A DNA stretch of 64,000 nucleotides from an uncultured delta proteobacterium (GTDB lineage Bacteria > Desulfobacterota > RBG-13-43-22). The position numbers were made by a program, and so were the translations under genes. Location: NCBI GenBank assembly GCA_963843145.1, contig CAWJJC010000020.1, positions 448,001 through 512,000 on the forward strand, given 5' to 3'. The notes beneath the pieces are model-generated. The model was not told where the DNA came from, did not search any database, and saw only the letters and a program-made list of their open reading frames with translations. Within the stretch, counting starts at the first letter, position 1; each line of letters starts with the position of its first letter. Shown here in pieces: positions 55,892 through 64,000 of the stretch.

Positions 55892-57759
55892 TACAATAGA
55901 TGACCTTCTTGAAAATAGACTAGGCAGGAGTGGGGTGGGAGCGACAAGGACAGGGTACTCCCGCCGGAAAAACCATCCGGCGAAAAATCCCCCGGTCCCT
56001 TCCAGCGACTTTCGCCGGAAGACAGTATTTTATGCCATTTCCCGTACGGACTTGGCCAAGCCAGCATCCGCTCCTTTTCACCAAAATGTAGGATCACCAG
56101 TATTTCCTTCGCTTCCCGGCCATCCCGGAGAATGAGCACCCGTTCCTCCTCCAGTCCTGTTACCTCTTTGATACCCTGCTCCGGATTTCTCCGATCCAAT
56201 ATTTTTCGGCGGACCCGGATCAGCTCCCGGTAGAATTCCCAAAGGATCCGGTGATCACCCTTTTCCAATAAGTCGAACCGAATCCGGGAATTGAGGAAGG
56301 TCTCTTCCGCCTGGGGGTCGGGGGGTTCCCCCTCCCATTGGAAGCGGGAGAATTCCTCTCTCCGGCCCTGACGGACGGCCTGAATTAAGTCCGGATTCGA
56401 ATGGCTCACAAAATAGAGGAAGGGCGCCGGTTCTCCGTACTCCTCTCCCATGAACAGCAGGGGGATAAAGGGGGACAACATGACGGCGGAGGCGGCCAGT
56501 TTCTGCGCTTCAAAAGAGACCAGGCGGCTTAGGCGCTCCCCCCGCAGCCGGTTTCCCACTTGATCATGGTTCTGGGAAAAAACGAGCAGCCGTCGGGGAG
56601 GGAATTTCCGGGTTGAGGACCCGTGACGGTGTTTACGATATTTCGAATATTGACCGGAATAGACGAACCCTTCACGGTACCCTTTGGCCAGATCTTCCAA
56701 ACGTCCGTAATCCCGGTAATACCCTTGCTGCTCGCCGGTCAGCAGGGCATGGAGCGCGTGGTGGAAGTCATCGTTCCAATGAACGTCCAGGCCGTATCCG
56801 CCGGATTGCTCGGGGCGGAGAAATTTCGCATCATTCAGATCGCTTTCGGCCATCAAGTGGACCCGACGCCCCAGCCTTTCCCCGGTCCGGCGAACCGCAT
56901 CGGAAAGCTCGGCCAGGAAAGGCCGGGGAAAAATATCCAGGATGGCGTGCAGGGCGTCCAGTCGCAGGGCGTCAAGATGAAATTCCTTCAACCAGGTGAG
57001 GGCGTTCTCGATAAAATATCGTCGGACCTCGTCGCTGTAAGGGCCGTCAAAGTTGATGGCTTCTCCCCAGGGGGTCCGGTAGCGCTCGGTGAAATAGGGC
57101 CCGAAGTCCCTCAGATAATTGCCTTCCGGTCCCAGGTGGTTGTACACTACGTCCAGGACCACGGCTATACCCAGGCGATGGGCGGCATTGACCAGCCTTT
57201 TTAATCCCCCCGGTCCGCCATAGGAGTTTTGAACGGCGTAGGGGTAGACTCCGTCGTAGCCCCAATTGCGTACCCCGGGGAACTGGGCCACGGGCATAAG
57301 TTCCAGGGCCGTGATCCCCAAGGCCTTCAGTTTTTCCAGACGGGGGATGACGGCCTCAAAGGTTCCTTCCGGCGTAAAGGTACCGATATGCAGCTCGTAG
57401 AGGATATACTCCGGCAGGTCCAGACCTTTCCAGCCGGCATCTTCCCAGGGAAAAGCCGGATCGACTACTTGAGAAGGCCCGTCCACACCCCGGGGCTGAA
57501 AACGGGAGGCCGGGTCCGGCCGCTCCAGGTTTCCATCCAGTTGGATTTGATAGAGGGCTCCGGAGAAAACTTCTTCGGCGCTGCCTCTGAAATACCCCCA
57601 GGCTCCTTGGTCCAGGATCAGCCGGTCTTCGCGTGGGGCCAACAGGTGAATAGCCACCTGCTTCCGGAAAGGGGCCCAGACCTGGAACTGGCAGCGTCCC
57701 TCCCCCAGGTAGGTGGCCCCCAAAGACTCAAAGATCTTACCCGGCACATTTATGCCCAT
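55891..57759 (-). CDS. treZ: malto-oligosyltrehalose trehalohydrolase
   Basis: NWGYDGV, DVVYNHLGPEGNY, LRLDALH, QNHDQVGNR. Confidence 0.95.
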   Translation of the reverse strand: MGINVPGKIFESLGATYLGEGRCQFQVWAPFRKQVAIHLLAPREDRLILDQGAWGYFRGSAEEVFSGALYQIQLDGNLERPDPASRFQPRGVDGPSQVVDPAFPWEDAGWKGLDLPEYILYELHIGTFTPEGTFEAVIPRLEKLKALGITALELMPVAQFPGVRNWGYDGVYPYAVQNSYGGPGGLKRLVNAAHRLGIAVVLDVVYNHLGPEGNYLRDFGPYFTERYRTPWGEAINFDGPYSDEVRRYFIENALTWLKEFHLDALRLDALHAILDIFPRPFLAELSDAVRRTGERLGRRVHLMAESDLNDAKFLRPEQSGGYGLDVHWNDDFHHALHALLTGEQQGYYRDYGRLEDLAKGYREGFVYSGQYSKYRKHRHGSSTRKFPPRRLLVFSQNHDQVGNRLRGERLSRLVSFEAQKLAASAVMLSPFIPLLFMGEEYGEPAPFLYFVSHSNPDLIQAVRQGRREEFSRFQWEGEPPDPQAEETFLNSRIRFDLLEKGDHRILWEFYRELIRVRRKILDRRNPEQGIKEVTGLEEERVLILRDGREAKEILVILHFGEKERMLAWPSPYGKWHKILSSGESRWKGPGDFSPDGFSGGSTLSLSLPPHSCLVYFQEGHLL

Positions 57760-57780
57760 AACCTTGAAGCTCCCCGGGTT

Positions 57781-57918
57781 AAATTCGAAACCCGAAATCC
57801 GAAACTCGAAACAAATTCAAATGACCAAATTTCGAAATTCAAAACGTTTTTGTTTCGGTCATTTGGATTTCGGACCTTTGTATTTGTTTCGGATTTCGTG
57901 TTTCGAATTTCGAGTTTT
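57781..57918. repeat. heptamer-periodic long hairpin element
   Basis: AAATTCG AAACCCG AAATCCG AAACTCG AAAC... mirrored by ...TTTCGGA TTTCGTG TTTCGAA TTTCGAG TTT. Confidence 0.75.
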
Positions 57919-57927
57919 ATAGAATTC

Positions 57928-59877
57928 CTAATCATTTGGTTTGAAGACACAAAGCGCCAGCGGAGGGAGAGTCAGGTTCAAAGAGTAGGGCCGTCCATGA
58001 AAAGGAATCGGAGCCGCCTCCATCCCGCCCATATTTCCCTGCCCGCTGCCGCCGAACTCCTTGGCGTCCCCGTTCAGGAGCTCCCGCCAATATCCCCCCC
58101 GGGGGACCCCGACCCGGTAGTTATATCGGGGAACCGGGGTGAAGTTAGCGGCTACCAGGACCACCTGACGGCCCTCCTCATCCCGGCGTAGAAACGTCAA
58201 GGCGCTATTGTCCGAGTCGTTGCAGTCGACCCACTCAAAGCCCTTAGAGGAAAATTCCTGACTGTGCAGGGCCGGCTCCTCTCGGTACACCCGATTCAAG
58301 GACTTCACCCATTGCTGCAGACCGGCATGAAGCGGATACTCCAACAGATGCCAGTCCAGACTCTCGTCGTGAGTCCATTCCCGCCACTGGCCGAATTCGA
58401 TCCCCATAAAGAGCAGTTTCTTTCCCGGCTGGGTGAACTGGTAGCCCAGCAGCAGCCGCAGGTTGGCGAACTTCTGCCAGTCATCTCCGGGCATCTTCCC
58501 CAGCAGGGAGCCCTTGCCGTGGACCACTTCGTCGTGCGACAGGGGAAGCATGAAATTTTCATTGAAGGCGTAGAGCAGCCGGAACGTCAATTGATTCTGA
58601 TGATACTTCCGGAAATAGGGGTCCCGGGCCATGTACTGCAGGGTATCGTGCATCCAGCCCATGTCCCACTTGAACCCGAATCCCAACCCACCCACATAGG
58701 TCGGCCGGGAGACCATGGGCCAATCCGTGGATTCCTCGGCAATCGTCTGGACCCCGGGAAATTCCTTATAGATGAATTCATTGAATTGCCGGAGAAGGGA
58801 AATGGCCTGCAAATTTTCCCGACCCCCGAATTCATTGGGGATCCACTCCCCCTCCCTGCGGGAATAGTCCAGGTAGAGCATGGAGGCCACGGCATCCACC
58901 CGGATTCCGTCGGCATGGAAGACATCCAGCCAGAACATGGCGCTGCTCATCAGGAAGCTGCGGACCTCGAGGCGGTTGTAGTTGAAGATGAAACTGTCCC
59001 AGTCGGGGTGATGCCCCTGCCGCCGGTCGGCATGCTCGAAGAGGTGGGTCCCGTCGAAGTAAGCCAGCCCGTACTCGTCGGTGGGGAAGTGGGAGGGGAC
59101 CCAGTCCAGAATGACGCCGATGCCGTTTTGATGGAGGTAGTCGATCAGGTACATCAGGTCCTGGGGCCTGCCGAAGCGGCTGGTCGGCGCAAAGTATCCG
59201 GTGCACTGATACCCCCAGGATCCGTAAAAGGGGTGTTCCATAACCGGCATGAACTCCACGTGGGTAAATCCCAGGGCCTTCACGTATTCGGTCAATTGGG
59301 GGGCGAGTTCCCGATAGGTTAAGAAACGATTGCTTTCCCCGGGAATCCTTCTCCAGGAACCCAGGTGCACTTCATACACGGAAATCGGCTGGGTCATGGG
59401 GTTCATCTGTTTCCGCCGTTCCAGCCATTCTCGATCTCCCCAATCGTACCAGAGGTCCCAGACCACGGAACCGGTTTTCGGCGGAATTTCGCAGTAAAAG
59501 GCGAAGGGGTCGGCCTTATCCACCCGGTAATCCTGTCCCCGGGAAGCAATGCGAAATTTATATAAATCGCCGTTTTTCACTTCCGGGAGAAATCCTTCCC
59601 AGATGCCGGAAACTCCATGGGGGTAAAGGTCCTGGGGGTTTTCCCCCCAGCGGTTGAAGTCACCGATGACCTGCACCCGTTCGGCATTCGGGGCCCAAAC
59701 GGCAAAATAGGTTCCCCGGGTTTCCCCGAGGGTCATGGAATGGGCGCCCAAATGTTCATAGAGGCGGTAATGATTTCCCTCGTTGAACAGATACACGTCC
59801 TCTTCCTTCAAGAGGCTGGCTTGATACTCGACCTGGGCCTTGGGTCCGCCGGAAGTGTCGACAATTTCATTGGACAT
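57928..59877 (-). CDS. glgB: 1,4-alpha-glucan branching enzyme
   Basis: WAPNA, YEVHLGSW, RVDAVASMLY, AEEST, LSHDEVVHGK. Confidence 0.96.
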   Translation of the reverse strand: MSNEIVDTSGGPKAQVEYQASLLKEEDVYLFNEGNHYRLYEHLGAHSMTLGETRGTYFAVWAPNAERVQVIGDFNRWGENPQDLYPHGVSGIWEGFLPEVKNGDLYKFRIASRGQDYRVDKADPFAFYCEIPPKTGSVVWDLWYDWGDREWLERRKQMNPMTQPISVYEVHLGSWRRIPGESNRFLTYRELAPQLTEYVKALGFTHVEFMPVMEHPFYGSWGYQCTGYFAPTSRFGRPQDLMYLIDYLHQNGIGVILDWVPSHFPTDEYGLAYFDGTHLFEHADRRQGHHPDWDSFIFNYNRLEVRSFLMSSAMFWLDVFHADGIRVDAVASMLYLDYSRREGEWIPNEFGGRENLQAISLLRQFNEFIYKEFPGVQTIAEESTDWPMVSRPTYVGGLGFGFKWDMGWMHDTLQYMARDPYFRKYHQNQLTFRLLYAFNENFMLPLSHDEVVHGKGSLLGKMPGDDWQKFANLRLLLGYQFTQPGKKLLFMGIEFGQWREWTHDESLDWHLLEYPLHAGLQQWVKSLNRVYREEPALHSQEFSSKGFEWVDCNDSDNSALTFLRRDEEGRQVVLVAANFTPVPRYNYRVGVPRGGYWRELLNGDAKEFGGSGQGNMGGMEAAPIPFHGRPYSLNLTLPPLALCVFKPND

Positions 59878-59910
59878 GGTCTTGGGCTCCTTTATTCATT
59901 GGCTGGTATT

Positions 59911-63270
<3,360 letters not shown>

Positions 63271-63282
63271 TGGGCTGATCCT

Positions 63283-64000
63283 TTATAAGTAATAGTCAAA
63301 GTCCCGTTCACTCCGAATCCTTTTTCGCACCCGAAAGATCTGGGCGGGCATCACCCGGGGATCGAGCTCCACGTAATTCCGTTCTCCCTGCCACAGGTAA
63401 CGGGCGTCGCTCAACAGGTCGTGAACCTGGTAGGGTCGATCCCCCTCGACTCCCACTTGCTCCAGGGGGAAATGCACCCACCCGGACTGAACATGATGGG
63501 GATCCAGATTGACTACGGTCAGGATGAGGTTGGAAAAATCCGCCGTGTGCTTGCTGTAGCAGAGCAACTGTTCATTGTCCACGACCTGAAAGCGCAGGGT
63601 CCAATCCTGTTGAAGCGCCTGATTTTCTCGTCGGATCCGGTTCACCCGGGCGATCAGTTCTTTGAAGTTTCCCGCCTGTTCGAGGTTCCAGGAACGGATT
63701 TCATATTTTTCGGAGTTCAGGTATTCTTCGGAACCAAAGTCCCGGGGCTGGTTTTCGCACAATTCAAAGGCCGGACCGTAAATCCCGTAACTGGCCCCCA
63801 GGGTGGCGGCCAGGATCAAACGGATGATAAAGGCCGGTCGACCTCCGAACTGGAGATATTCCGTCAAGATATCCGGCGTATTCGGCCAGAGATTAGGCCG
63901 GAAAAACTCGCGGAGCTCGGTCTGGGTGAGTTGCTGAAAATAGTCCGTAATCTCTCCCTTGGCATTACGCCAGGCAAAATAGGAATAGGACTGGGTGAAA
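63283..64000 (-). CDS. glgE: alpha-1,4-glucan:maltose-1-phosphate maltosyltransferase, 3' part (gene starts beyond the window)
   Basis: Frame open to the window end: FTQSYSYFAWRN...FRPNLWPNTPDIL...SEEYLNSEKYE. Confidence 0.92.
   Translation of the reverse strand, partial: FTQSYSYFAWRNAKGEITDYFQQLTQTELREFFRPNLWPNTPDILTEYLQFGGRPAFIIRLILAATLGASYGIYGPAFELCENQPRDFGSEEYLNSEKYEIRSWNLEQAGNFKELIARVNRIRRENQALQQDWTLRFQVVDNEQLLCYSKHTADFSNLILTVVNLDPHHVQSGWVHFPLEQVGVEGDRPYQVHDLLSDARYLWQGERNYVELDPRVMPAQIFRVRKRIRSERDFDYYL

Noticed and set aside
57781-57918. CRISPR array (also considered for 18519-18641 and 20421-20650)
   Set aside because: No constant repeat with unique spacers and no cas genes; these are palindromic or heptamer repeats.

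Overview
GC-rich genomic window from an anaerobic bacterium, by gene content and style most likely Desulfobacterota (inference). It has five parts. (i) 1-9.5 kb: accessory, partly decayed region with gene remnants (YhcG/DUF1016, IS91 transposase, M42 peptidase, HxlR), a lemA-TPM-TPM operon, a GH99-like hydrolase and a GT-C-type membrane protein. (ii) 9.5-26.6 kb: minus-strand anaerobic phenol-degradation cluster (ppsA, ppsB, ppcB/UbiD, aryl-CoA ligase, ubiX, lpdD-like, hcrBCA-like) with a divergent LysR gene. ppsC and ppcA/C/D are absent from it; it carries two UPF0261/Tm-1-like proteins, an HD hydrolase and a ThiS-like protein instead. (iii) 27.9-42.5 kb: a CbrX-CbrA-CbrB-like sigma54 signalling locus rich in pseudo-enzymes: one intact and two degenerate cNMP-CBS-DUF294 nucleotidyltransferases, a CoA-transferase domain lacking its catalytic Glu fused to a GNAT, and a degenerate HTH-less enhancer-binding protein. 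It also has a DEDDh exonuclease and a candidate sigma54-dependent structured RNA at the position crcZ occupies in Pseudomonas. (iv) 42.6-50.3 kb: short-chain carboxylate uptake and activation genes (two-subunit SSS transporter, acs remnant, intact acs, isochorismatase-like hydrolase, prpE). (v) 50.5-64 kb: glgE-treS/mak-glgB-treZ-DUF3536-treY alpha-glucan/trehalose cluster. Intergenic regions hold several families of palindromic repeats. No rRNA, tRNA or CRISPR array was recognised. All calls come from motif recognition by eye; no database search was run.
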